Source of the DNA: Alkalilimnicola ehrlichii MLHE-1
GTDB taxonomy: Bacteria > Pseudomonadota > Gammaproteobacteria > Nitrococcales > Halorhodospiraceae
Direction of reading: 5' to 3'
DNA length: 32,000 nt
Assembly (NCBI RefSeq): GCF_000014785.1
Contig: NC_008340.1
Span: forward strand, 1,920,001 to 1,952,000
Below are positions 19,651 through 29,235 of this stretch, piece by piece (the first letter of the stretch is position 1; every line of letters starts with the position of its first letter). The notes beneath the pieces were generated by a model that made no database searches, was not told the origin of the DNA, and was given only the letters and a program-made list of their open reading frames with translations. Position numbers and translations under genes: made by a program.

Positions 19651-20631
19651 ATGAAACTGAATCAGTTGCGCTACATCTCCGAGGTGGCCAAACGGGGGCT
19701 GAATATCTCCGCCGCAGCGGATGCCATGTACACCTCCCAGCCCGGCGTCAGCAAACAGATCCGCTTGCTGGAGGACGAGCTGGGTGTGCAGATCTTCGCC
19801 CGCAGCGGCAAGCACCTTACCCACATCACCCCGGCCGGCCGCGCCATTCTGGAATCGGCGGACCGGATCCTGGGGGAGGTCCAGAACATCCGTTCCATCG
19901 CCGCCGATTTCGTCGATGAACAGCGCGGCAGCCTCAGCATCGCCACCACCCACACTCAGGCCCGCCATGCCCTGCCGCCGGTGGTGAGCCAGTTCCGCAC
20001 CCGTTACCCCAACGTCAGCCTGCACATCCACCAGGGCACCCCCATGCAGATCGCCGAAATGGCGGCCCGTGGCCAGGTGGATTTCGCCATCGCCACCGAG
20101 GCCCTGGAGCTGTTCGAGGACCTGGTGATGCTGCCCTGCTACCGCTGGAACCGAAGCGTGATCGTACCGGAGGGGCACGAGCTGGCCGAGGTCGAACCGC
20201 TGACCCTGGAGGCCATTGCGGAGTGGCCACTGGTCACCTACGTGTTCGGCTTCACCGGCCGCTCCAAGCTGGACGAGGCCTTCGACGCCCGGGACCTGGA
20301 GCCCAACGTGGTCTTCACCGCCACCGACTCGGAGGTCATCAAGACCTACGTCCGCCTCGGACTCGGGGTCGGCATCATCGCCACCATGTCCTTCGAGCCC
20401 GAGCGCGATCAGGGCCTGTTGGCGCTGGATGCCGGCCACCTGTTCGAGGACAGCGTCACCAATATCGGCTTCCGTCGCGGCGCCTATCTACGCGGCTACA
20501 TGTACGAGTTTATGGAGTTGTTCGCCCCTCACCTCACCACCGAGGTCGTCGAACGGGCGCTGCAGACCCGCACCAAGGAGGAGCAGGAGGCCTTTATCAA
20601 CGAGCTGCAGCCACTCATCCGCCAGGTCTGA
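19651..20631 (+). CDS. cysB: CysB-family LysR-type transcriptional regulator
   Basis: MKLNQLRYISEVAKRGLNISAAADAMYTSQPGVSKQIRLLEDELGVQIFARSGKHLTHITPAG...SIATTHTQARHALPPVVSQFRTRYPNVSLHIHQGTPMQIAEMAARGQVDFAIATEAL, closely CysB/Cbl-like. Confidence 0.93.
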   Translation: MKLNQLRYISEVAKRGLNISAAADAMYTSQPGVSKQIRLLEDELGVQIFARSGKHLTHITPAGRAILESADRILGEVQNIRSIAADFVDEQRGSLSIATTHTQARHALPPVVSQFRTRYPNVSLHIHQGTPMQIAEMAARGQVDFAIATEALELFEDLVMLPCYRWNRSVIVPEGHELAEVEPLTLEAIAEWPLVTYVFGFTGRSKLDEAFDARDLEPNVVFTATDSEVIKTYVRLGLGVGIIATMSFEPERDQGLLALDAGHLFEDSVTNIGFRRGAYLRGYMYEFMELFAPHLTTEVVERALQTRTKEEQEAFINELQPLIRQV

Positions 20632-20651
20632 GCACCGCCTCTGCACAAGAG

Positions 20652-20684
20652 AACGCCGGGCCGGTACCAAGCCGGCCCGGCGTT
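20652..20684. terminator. Strong stem-loop between convergent cysB and the phasin-like gene
   Basis: AACGCCGGGCCGG-TACCAAG-CCGGCCCGGCGTT, 13-bp perfect stem with a 7-nt loop. Intergenic and convergent, no long T tract. Confidence 0.6.
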
Positions 20685-20698
20685 CATTGGTTGCGATC

Positions 20699-21448
20699 TC
20701 AGTGACTGGTGGGCTTTTGTGTGCTGGACCCACTTGAGCGACGCCCGCTGGCAGGCCGTGCCGCCCGCCCCGCCCCCTTGGCTTCGCTGGCCCCGCCACT
20801 CGCAGTCTGGCCTCCAGTGCCGGCCCCACCCTGGCCGGACCCCCCTTTATCGCCATCGTCACCACCCGGCTTACGGCCGGTCCCGGCCTTAGGCGCCTGC
20901 CGGGCGGTCTTGCGCGGCGCCTTCTCGGCCGCCGCCGGTGGCGGTGGCGGGGTGACGCCCTGCTCCTCGGCCAACTCCTCGACCTGGTGCATGAGCGCCT
21001 TCTGGCTCTTCATCATGGTGTCCACCATGTTGCGCCAGACATCGAAGAACTCCTCCTGGGCATCATCGCTCTGCAAGGGTAGATCGGGACGGTTCAGGTC
21101 CAGTCGCCGGGCCTGCTCGAACCACCGCTCCCAGAGTGCGGTCCGGGCCTCGAGCCAATTCTCCATCAGGTTGCAACTGGTCTCGTTCATGTCGCTCAGC
21201 GGGCGCGGGGCCTGCTCGCCTCCCATGCCGGCGTGGCGGCAGAGGCGGATCCACTCCGCCTGCACCTTAAGCGCGTCCTGGACCAGGTTTTCCATGGCAT
21301 TGAGATTCTCCTGCCAGGCCTGGTCCAGGTTCTCCACATTCTGCCCCGACCGGCTCCACTGCTGGCCGAACTCCAACCACTGCTGCCAGCTCTTCTGGGC
21401 CATCTCCATTAGGTTCGACACCATTTCCGCCGATTCGCGGTTCGCCAT
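20699..21448 (-). CDS. Phasin-like / PHA granule-associated helical protein with a low-complexity C-terminal tail
   Basis: Amphipathic helical N-terminus SNLMEMAQKSWQQWLEFGQQWSRSGQNVENLDQAWQENLNAMENLVQDALKVQAEW, then an Ala/Lys/Gly/Ser/Pro-rich tail (AAEKAPRKTARQAPKAGTGRKPGG...). Family call is from pattern only. Confidence 0.5.
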   Translation of the reverse strand: MANRESAEMVSNLMEMAQKSWQQWLEFGQQWSRSGQNVENLDQAWQENLNAMENLVQDALKVQAEWIRLCRHAGMGGEQAPRPLSDMNETSCNLMENWLEARTALWERWFEQARRLDLNRPDLPLQSDDAQEEFFDVWRNMVDTMMKSQKALMHQVEELAEEQGVTPPPPPAAAEKAPRKTARQAPKAGTGRKPGGDDGDKGGSGQGGAGTGGQTASGGASEAKGAGRAARPASGRRSSGSSTQKPTSH

Positions 21449-21672
21449 GACATCCTCCGGCGCTACTTGCGCAATGTGTTACTCATGCTGTCCATTTCGC
21501 TACCCATCAACGGGCATTCCCCAATAGCGTCAACCATTCGTGGAGATTTTTCTTGGCTCTTGACTACGCTTAGGAGTTAACGCGACCACCCATCTTGGCG
21601 GCAGTATAGGAACGCCCCCCGGGCTTTACCAGAACCTCAGTGGGGCGATCAGCTATTAGCATAGAAGCGCTC

Positions 21673-23022
<1,350 letters not shown>

Positions 23023-23073
23023 TCACCCAACGCCCGGCCCCGTGGACCATTCGGGGGCAACCGGTCCGCCCCC

Positions 23074-23090
23074 CGCACGCTTTCGGTGCG
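23074..23090. promoter_or_regulatory. Candidate NtrC-type enhancer site upstream of the nirB sigma54 promoter
   Basis: CGCACG-CTTTC-GGTGCG compared with NtrC consensus TGCACC-N5-GGTGCA. Centred roughly 98 bp upstream of the predicted start site. Confidence 0.4.
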
Positions 23091-23153
23091 GACCACGCCC
23101 GCGACCGGATCACATTTCATCGTATGCCACCGTTTTATTGGTATATTTTGTTC

Positions 23154-23170
23154 TGGCCGAAATCTTGCTT
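23154..23170 (+). promoter_or_regulatory. Sigma54 (-24/-12) promoter for nirBD-nasA
   Basis: TGGCCGAAATCTTGCTT: GG-N10-GC spacing exact, with TTGC(A/T) -12 element. Confidence 0.75.
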
Positions 23171-23182
23171 ATCTATCGTTGA

Positions 23183-23310
23183 GGCGCGTGCAGCGCCCTG
23201 GGCCAATGGCGGCCCGCGGCGAACACCACAACGGGCCGAGGACGGCCCACCCCGGATAAAGGCGTCCGACATCACCCCCCATCAGGGGCTGACCGTCGGA
23301 CGCCTTTTTT
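23183..23310 (+). promoter_or_regulatory. ANTAR-type attenuator leader RNA upstream of nirB
   Basis: Serial hairpins: GGCGC-GTGCA-GCGCC (23183-23197); GGGCC-AATGGC-GGCCC (23200-23215, hexaloop A1/G4); GGGCC-GAGGAC-GGCCC (23233-23248); then the terminator at 23261-23310. Confidence 0.7.
23261..23310 (+). terminator. Rho-independent terminator inside the nirB leader
   Basis: GGCGTCCGAC (23261-23270) pairs with GTCGGACGCC (23295-23304), followed by TTTTTT (23305-23310). Lies about 43 nt upstream of the nirB ATG, so it is an attenuator candidate and not an end-of-gene terminator. Confidence 0.88.
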
Positions 23311-23352
23311 GTTTTCGCGGAATCGGGCCACGGGCCCGGGAGGTCAAAAGCG

Positions 23353-25788
23353 ATGCAACGCGAACGATTGGTACTGGTAGGCAACGGAATGGCCGGGGTC
23401 AAGACCTTGGAGGAGTTGCTGGCGGTAGCGCCGGAGCGCTACGAGATCACCGTATTCGGCGCCGAACCCCACGGCAATTACAACCGCATCATGCTCTCCC
23501 CACTGCTCTCGGGCGAGAAGACGGTGGATGACATCATGCTCAACCGGCCCGAATGGTATGCGGAGAACGGAATCACCCTCCACACCGGCTGCCCGGTGAC
23601 CGAAATCAACCGCCGGCACCGCGAGGTGATCAGTGGCGATGGCCGGCGCACCCCTTACGATCGCCTGCTCCTGGCCACCGGCTCCAACCCCTTCATCATC
23701 CCCGTGCCTGGCAATGACCTGCCCGGGGTACTCGCCTACCGCGATATCGGCGACGTGGAGGCCATGCTCGAGGCCAGCCGCCAGCATCGCCACGCGGTGG
23801 TTATCGGCGGCGGACTGCTGGGCCTCGAGGCGGCATGGGGGCTGCACCAACAGGGTATGGCGGTCACCGTGGTGCACCTGGCCCCCCACCTCATGGAGCG
23901 TCAGCTCGATGCCCTGGCCGGAGGCATGCTGGAGCAGTCCCTGCGCGAACGCGGTGTCGAGTTCCGCCTGGAGGCGCAGACCCAGGCCCTGCTGGGCGAC
24001 GACCGCGTGGAGGCGGTCCGCTTTGCCGACGGCGAGGAGATCCCCGCCGACTTGGTGGTCATGGCGGCCGGCATCCGTCCCAACATCCACCTGGCGAAGG
24101 CGGCGGGCATCCTCTGCGAGCGTGGCATCGTGGTCAACGACACCATGCAGACCTTCGACCCGCGTATCTATGCCGTGGGCGAGTGCGTGCAGCACCGGGG
24201 CCAATGCTACGGCCTCGTTGCCCCGCTGTTCGAGCAGGCCAAAGTCTGTGCCAACCACCTGGCCGAGGCCGGCTTCGCCGCCTACGAAGGCTCGGTGACG
24301 TCCACCAAGCTCAAGGTCACCGGCGTGGATCTTTTCTCCGCCGGCGACTTTTCCGAGGCCGAAGGCACGGAGGCCATCGTCTACCAGGACCCGGCAGGCG
24401 GCATCTACAAGAAGCTGGTTCTGCAGGAGGATCGCATCCGGGGCGCCGTGCTCTACGGCGACACCAGCGACGGCGCCTGGTACTTCCAGTTGCTCAAGGA
24501 CGGCACCTCGGTCAGCGATTTCCGCGACAGTCTGCTCTTCGGCCAAGCCCACCTGGGTGACGCCGGCCACGGTGGCCAAAGCCATGCCGAGGCCATGCCC
24601 ATGGACGCCCAGGTCTGCGATTGCAACGGCGTGTGCAAAGGCGACATCGTCAACGCCATCCAGGAGCAGGGGCTTTTCAGCCTGGAGGAGGTGCAGTCGC
24701 ACACCAAGGCCTCGGCCTCCTGCGGCTCCTGCACCGGGCTGGTGGAGCAGATCCTGCAATCCACCGTGGGCGGCGGCTACGCCGAGCCCAGGGTCAAACC
24801 CCTCTGCGCCTGCACCGACCACAGCCACGACCAGGTGCGTAAGGCTATCCGCGAGCAGCACCTGACCTGTCTGCAGCAGGTCTTCGACACGTTGGAATGG
24901 AAGACCCCGGATGGCTGCGACAAGTGCCGCCCGGCGCTCAACTACTACCTGATCTCCACCTGGCCCGAGGAAGCGCAGGACGACGAGATGGCGCGCCTGG
25001 TCAACGAGCGCATGCACGCCAACATCCAGAAGGACGGCACCTACTCGGTGGTGCCCCGCATGTGGGGCGGTACCACCACCCCGGCGGAACTGCGCAAGAT
25101 CGCCGAGGTGGCGGAGCGCTACGACGTACCCACCGTGAAGGTCACCGGCGGCCAGCGGATCGATCTGCTGGGCGTGAAAAAAGAGGACCTGCCCGGCATG
25201 TGGGGCGAACTCGCGGAGGCGGGTTTTGTTTCGGGCCACGCCTACGGCAAGGCCCTGCGTACGGTGAAGACCTGCGTCGGCTCGGAATGGTGCCGCTTCG
25301 GGGTGCAGGACTCCACCAGCCTGGGCATCGCCCTGGAAAGGATGTGCTGGGGCGCGTGGACGCCCCACAAGGTCAAGCTGGCCGTCTCCGGCTGCCCGCG
25401 CAACTGCGCCGAGGCCAGCATCAAGGATCTGGGCGTGGTGGCCATCGAGTCCGGCTGGGAGATCCTGGTGGGGGGCAACGGCGGGGTGAAGGTGCGCGCC
25501 TGCGACACGCTCTGCCGGGTCGAGACCGCCGAGGAGGTGATGGAGTACGCCGCGGCCTACCTGCAGCTCTACCGCGAGACGGGCCGCTACCTGGAACGGA
25601 CCGCGCCCTGGATCGAGCGCGTCGGCCTGTCGTGGGTCCGCGAGCAGGTGGTGGACGACGACGTCAACCGCAAGCGCCTCGCCGAGCGCTTCGAACGCGC
25701 CCAGTCCATCTACCGCAAGGACCCCTGGGCCACCTTGGCCAGACAGGGCCAACGCGACCGTTTCCAGCCACTGCGCCAGGTGGGCTGA
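23353..25788 (+). CDS. nirB: Assimilatory nitrite reductase [NAD(P)H] large subunit
   Basis: N-terminal FAD/NAD domain (LVLVGNGMAGVKTLEELL...YNRIMLSPLLSG), BFD motifs (VCDCNGVCKGDIVNAI...CGSCTGLVEQIL), sirohaem/Fe-S motifs (KTCVGSEWCRFG, KLAVSGCPRNCAEA...CDTLCRVET). Confidence 0.96.
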   Translation: MQRERLVLVGNGMAGVKTLEELLAVAPERYEITVFGAEPHGNYNRIMLSPLLSGEKTVDDIMLNRPEWYAENGITLHTGCPVTEINRRHREVISGDGRRTPYDRLLLATGSNPFIIPVPGNDLPGVLAYRDIGDVEAMLEASRQHRHAVVIGGGLLGLEAAWGLHQQGMAVTVVHLAPHLMERQLDALAGGMLEQSLRERGVEFRLEAQTQALLGDDRVEAVRFADGEEIPADLVVMAAGIRPNIHLAKAAGILCERGIVVNDTMQTFDPRIYAVGECVQHRGQCYGLVAPLFEQAKVCANHLAEAGFAAYEGSVTSTKLKVTGVDLFSAGDFSEAEGTEAIVYQDPAGGIYKKLVLQEDRIRGAVLYGDTSDGAWYFQLLKDGTSVSDFRDSLLFGQAHLGDAGHGGQSHAEAMPMDAQVCDCNGVCKGDIVNAIQEQGLFSLEEVQSHTKASASCGSCTGLVEQILQSTVGGGYAEPRVKPLCACTDHSHDQVRKAIREQHLTCLQQVFDTLEWKTPDGCDKCRPALNYYLISTWPEEAQDDEMARLVNERMHANIQKDGTYSVVPRMWGGTTTPAELRKIAEVAERYDVPTVKVTGGQRIDLLGVKKEDLPGMWGELAEAGFVSGHAYGKALRTVKTCVGSEWCRFGVQDSTSLGIALERMCWGAWTPHKVKLAVSGCPRNCAEASIKDLGVVAIESGWEILVGGNGGVKVRACDTLCRVETAEEVMEYAAAYLQLYRETGRYLERTAPWIERVGLSWVREQVVDDDVNRKRLAERFERAQSIYRKDPWATLARQGQRDRFQPLRQVG

Positions 25789-25839
25789 CGGCGTCAGCCC
25801 ACACCCTACCCACGTCATGCTACCGACAGGAAACAGACC

Positions 25840-26238
25840 ATGAGCAACCTGGCAACAGACTATCCCGCTGAAACGACGCCGGCGCATCACGAGGACTGGC
25901 TGCCCATCGGCCACCTGGACGACATCCCCCGTCAGGGTGCCCGGGTGGTCGCCCGCCCGGAGGGCGACGATATCGCCATCTTCCGCACCGCCGACGACGC
26001 CCTGTTCGCCATCGGCAACCGCTGCCCCCATCAGGGCGGGCCGCTGGACCAGGGCCTGGTCCACGGGCACCGGGTGACCTGCCCGCTACATGGCTGGCGC
26101 ATCCAACTGGAACAGGGCGAGGCCGTCGCCCCGGATCAGGGCTGTGTGCCGCGCTTCCCGATCCGTCGGGACGACCGGGGAAACCTGTACGTCCGCCTTA
26201 CACCCGTCGACGCCGTAAAGGACGCACCGGAGACCTGA
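25840..26238 (+). CDS. nirD: Assimilatory nitrite reductase small subunit (Rieske-type)
   Basis: Rieske motifs CPHQGGPL and CPLHGWRIQLEQGEAV; directly downstream of nirB. Confidence 0.92.
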   Translation: MSNLATDYPAETTPAHHEDWLPIGHLDDIPRQGARVVARPEGDDIAIFRTADDALFAIGNRCPHQGGPLDQGLVHGHRVTCPLHGWRIQLEQGEAVAPDQGCVPRFPIRRDDRGNLYVRLTPVDAVKDAPET

Positions 26239-26241
26239 GCC

Positions 26242-28956
26242 ATGAATACAAGCATCCAACCCCCACGGCAGCCGGGCGAGGTGCACACCACCTGCCCCTA
26301 TTGTGGCGTCGGTTGCGGCGTGCTCGCCCGGATGGACAAGGACAACCGGGTGCATGTCCGGGGCGACCCGGAGCACCCCGCCAACTTCGGCCGCCTCTGC
26401 TCCAAGGGGGCGGCCCTGGGCGAAACCACCGGTCTCAATGGCCGGCTGTTGCACCCCCGGGTCCATGGTCAGCGCACCGACTGGGACACCGCGCTTGCGA
26501 CCGTGGCCGACGGCCTCAACCGGGTCATCCGGCGCGACGGGCCCGAGGCGGTTGGCTTCTACGTCTCGGGCCAGCTCCTCACCGAGGACTACTACGTCGC
26601 CAACAAGCTAATGAAGGGCTACATCGGCTCGGCGAACATCGACACCAATTCCAGGCTCTGCATGGCCTCTTCGGTCGCAGGCCACATTAGGGCCTTTGGT
26701 GAGGATCTGGTGCCCGGCTGTTACGAAGACCTGGAACGCGCCGACCTGGTGGTCCTCACCGGTTCCAACCTGGCCTGGTGCCACCCGGTGCTCTATCAAC
26801 GCCTGGAGGCGGCGCGGGCAAGGCGTCCCGGCATGCGAGTGGTGGTGATCGACCCGCGCGAGACTGAGACCGCCGCGCAGGCCGATCTCCACCTGCCCCT
26901 GCGCCCCGGCAGTGACGTGGCACTGTGGAACGGACTATTCCGCCGTTTGGTGGAGACCGACCAGATCCACCGCGATATCCGCCCGGAGACGGAAGCCGCC
27001 GACAGCAACCTCAAGCGAATACTGCACGAGGCAGGCGACGCCGACGCCGTCGCCAGCGCCTGCGACTTGAATCCCCGCGCCCTGCACCTGTTCTACGACT
27101 GGTTCGCCGGCACCGAACGCACGGTCAGCGTATACTCCCAGGGCGTTAACCAGTCCAGTCAGGGCACCGACAAAGTCAATGCGATCATCAACGTCCACAT
27201 CCTTACCGGACGCCTGGGGCGTCCCGGTTGCGGCCCCTTCTCGGTAACCGGTCAGCCCAATGCCATGGGCGGTCGCGAGGTGGGGGGCCTCTCTAACCAG
27301 TTGGCCGCCCATATGGGCTTTTCTCAGGGGGACCGGATTCGGGTTCAACGCTACTGGGACTCGCCCCGAATCGCCCGACAACCCGGCATGAAGGCGGTAG
27401 AGCTATTTCGTGCCGCCGCCCAAGGCCGCGTCAAAGCGCTCTGGATTATGGCCACCAACCCAGTGGTCAGCCTTCCCGACGCCGACCTGGTGAAACGCGC
27501 GCTCGCACGCTGCGAGCTGGTCGTGGTTTCCGACTGTATCGCCAACACGGATACGACCGGCTATGCCCACGTGCTTATGCCCGCTGCGGCCTGGGGTGAA
27601 AAGAGCGGTACGGTGACCAACTCAGAGCGGTGCATCTCACGCCAACGCGCCTTCCGTACGCCGGCCGGCGAGGCCCGCCCCGACTGGTGGATCATCAGTC
27701 AAGTAGCCCGCCTGATGGGGTTTGATCGCGGCTTCGCGTACGGGAGTCCGCGGGAGATATTCGACGAGCACGCCCGACTGACCGCGGTGCACAACCCTGG
27801 CCCCGGAATGGGCGGCCGGACACTTCACCTAGGGGCGCTGGCCGGAATGAACGCCAAACAGTGGGACACCCTGCAGCCTGTTCAATGGCCGTGTCCCGGC
27901 CCGGGCCTCGACACCGCCGGGCCAGGGCGGGGCACCCAGCGCCTTGCCACCAACGGAGGACTGCCCACGGAGGATGGCCACCCCCGCCTGCACCCGGTGT
28001 GCGCCGAAACACCAGGAAACACGCCAGATGCCCGATTCCCGCTTGTTCTCAACACCGGGCGGACGCGTGATCACTGGCACACGCTCACGCGCACCGGCCT
28101 GTCCGTCAGTCTGAGCACCCATCAGCCGGAACCCCGGTGCGACCTGCACCCCGAGGACGCCACACGCTTCGGCCTGGCGGACGGCCACCTGGTGCGGGTA
28201 CGCAGCGCCTGGGGCAGCGTTCTGCTGCGAGCCCGATACCAGACCGGTCAGCGCCGGGGCGAACTCTTCGTGCCCATGCACTGGAACGACTGCTATGCCG
28301 CGCAGGCGCGCATCGGCGCGGTGGCCAACCCGATCACCGATCCGATATCCGGTCAGCCAGAGTTGAAACACACCCCGGTCGCTGTGGAGGCCGTGCCCGC
28401 CGCGGCCTACGGCTTTGTGCTCAGCAGGGCGGACGACCTGCCGCCACCCGAGACGGCCTACTGGGTTCGGATCAACGGGCACGCTCATCAGCGGTTCGTG
28501 TTCGCCTCCACCGAGGCCCCTGACAGCTGGCGCGATTGGGCGGGCCGTTGGCTTGGTACGGAGGGGACCGTGGTGGAAATGGCCGACCGTGCCCGGGGCG
28601 TCTACCGATTTGCCCGGCTGGTGGACGACCGGCTGGTGGCGTGCCTGTTCATCGCCGCCGACCCCGCCGCCCTGCCCGGCTGCGACTGGCTTGCAGGGCT
28701 GCTGGACAATAACCGCCCCCTCGGCGCCGAGGAACGCCTCGCTCTGCTGGCCGGCCGCCCTGCCGGTGAAGCCGAGACCGGCGAGACCGTCTGCGCCTGC
28801 TTCGGTGTCGGCGAGAGAATCATCGAATCCGCGGTGGCCGCCGGGGCTCACGATACCGAGGCGGTGACCCGCCACTGCAAGGCGGGGGGCTACTGCGGCA
28901 GTTGCCGGCCCGCGATCAACGCCATCATCCAACGCCTGGCGCGCAGTGCCGCCTGA
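26242..28956 (+). CDS. nasA: Assimilatory nitrate reductase catalytic subunit (molybdopterin) with C-terminal BFD-like [2Fe-2S] domain
   Basis: HTTCPYCGVGCGVLARMD...CSKGAALGETTGLNGRL, LWIMATNPVVSLPDADLVKRAL, C-terminal CACFGVGERIIESAV...CKAGGYCGSCRPAINAII. Confidence 0.94.
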   Translation: MNTSIQPPRQPGEVHTTCPYCGVGCGVLARMDKDNRVHVRGDPEHPANFGRLCSKGAALGETTGLNGRLLHPRVHGQRTDWDTALATVADGLNRVIRRDGPEAVGFYVSGQLLTEDYYVANKLMKGYIGSANIDTNSRLCMASSVAGHIRAFGEDLVPGCYEDLERADLVVLTGSNLAWCHPVLYQRLEAARARRPGMRVVVIDPRETETAAQADLHLPLRPGSDVALWNGLFRRLVETDQIHRDIRPETEAADSNLKRILHEAGDADAVASACDLNPRALHLFYDWFAGTERTVSVYSQGVNQSSQGTDKVNAIINVHILTGRLGRPGCGPFSVTGQPNAMGGREVGGLSNQLAAHMGFSQGDRIRVQRYWDSPRIARQPGMKAVELFRAAAQGRVKALWIMATNPVVSLPDADLVKRALARCELVVVSDCIANTDTTGYAHVLMPAAAWGEKSGTVTNSERCISRQRAFRTPAGEARPDWWIISQVARLMGFDRGFAYGSPREIFDEHARLTAVHNPGPGMGGRTLHLGALAGMNAKQWDTLQPVQWPCPGPGLDTAGPGRGTQRLATNGGLPTEDGHPRLHPVCAETPGNTPDARFPLVLNTGRTRDHWHTLTRTGLSVSLSTHQPEPRCDLHPEDATRFGLADGHLVRVRSAWGSVLLRARYQTGQRRGELFVPMHWNDCYAAQARIGAVANPITDPISGQPELKHTPVAVEAVPAAAYGFVLSRADDLPPPETAYWVRINGHAHQRFVFASTEAPDSWRDWAGRWLGTEGTVVEMADRARGVYRFARLVDDRLVACLFIAADPAALPGCDWLAGLLDNNRPLGAEERLALLAGRPAGEAETGETVCACFGVGERIIESAVAAGAHDTEAVTRHCKAGGYCGSCRPAINAIIQRLARSAA

Positions 28957-29078
28957 GTGATCACGTCAGATGCACCACTCTGGCACGCGTTTATCGCAAC
29001 CCGCCATAATGCAGTGCACCATAAAATGAACCTCGGCTTGCAGGCTCTTTAAAACAACAAGTTACAGAGAAATCCTTT

Positions 29079-29095
29079 TGGCACTAATATTGCTT
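29079..29095 (+). promoter_or_regulatory. Sigma54 (-24/-12) promoter for nrtABC
   Basis: TGGCACTAATATTGCTT, an essentially consensus TGGCAC-N5-TTGC with GG-N10-GC spacing. The first leader hairpin starts 14 nt after the -12 GC. Confidence 0.85.
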
Positions 29096-29106
29096 ACTAG
29101 GAGATA

Positions 29107-29235
29107 GGATGCAACGGTGCATCCACCTTTCATAAGCCCGCACGGTGGGCGGCAGGTCACGAGTGCCTGCCAATGTGGATAAAGGCGTCCACGCACAACG
29201 GCTCAAAGAGCCATGGTGCGTGGGCGTTTTTTTTT
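29107..29235 (+). promoter_or_regulatory. ANTAR-type attenuator leader RNA upstream of nrtA
   Basis: GGATGC-AACGGT-GCATCC (29107-29124, 6-bp stem, hexaloop A1/G4); GCCC...GGGC (29136-29150); GGCAGG...CCTGCC (29151-29171); then the terminator at 29186-29235. Confidence 0.75.
29186..29235 (+). terminator. Rho-independent terminator inside the nrtA leader
   Basis: CGTCCACGCAC pairs with GTGCGTGGGCG (11 bp including one G-U), apical GGCTC-AAA-GAGCC stem, then nine T residues (29227-29235), 23 nt before the nrtA ATG. Confidence 0.9.

Noticed and set aside
23344-26070. 908-aa minus-strand ORF antisense to nirB
   Set aside because: Composition is a shadow of high-GC codon bias on the opposite strand (His/Gly/Ala/Asp-rich, no recognisable domain), while the plus strand encodes an unmistakable NirB.
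27829-28932. 367-aa minus-strand ORF opposite nasA
   Set aside because: No recognisable motif; the coding strand is clearly the molybdopterin enzyme with BFD-type C-terminus.
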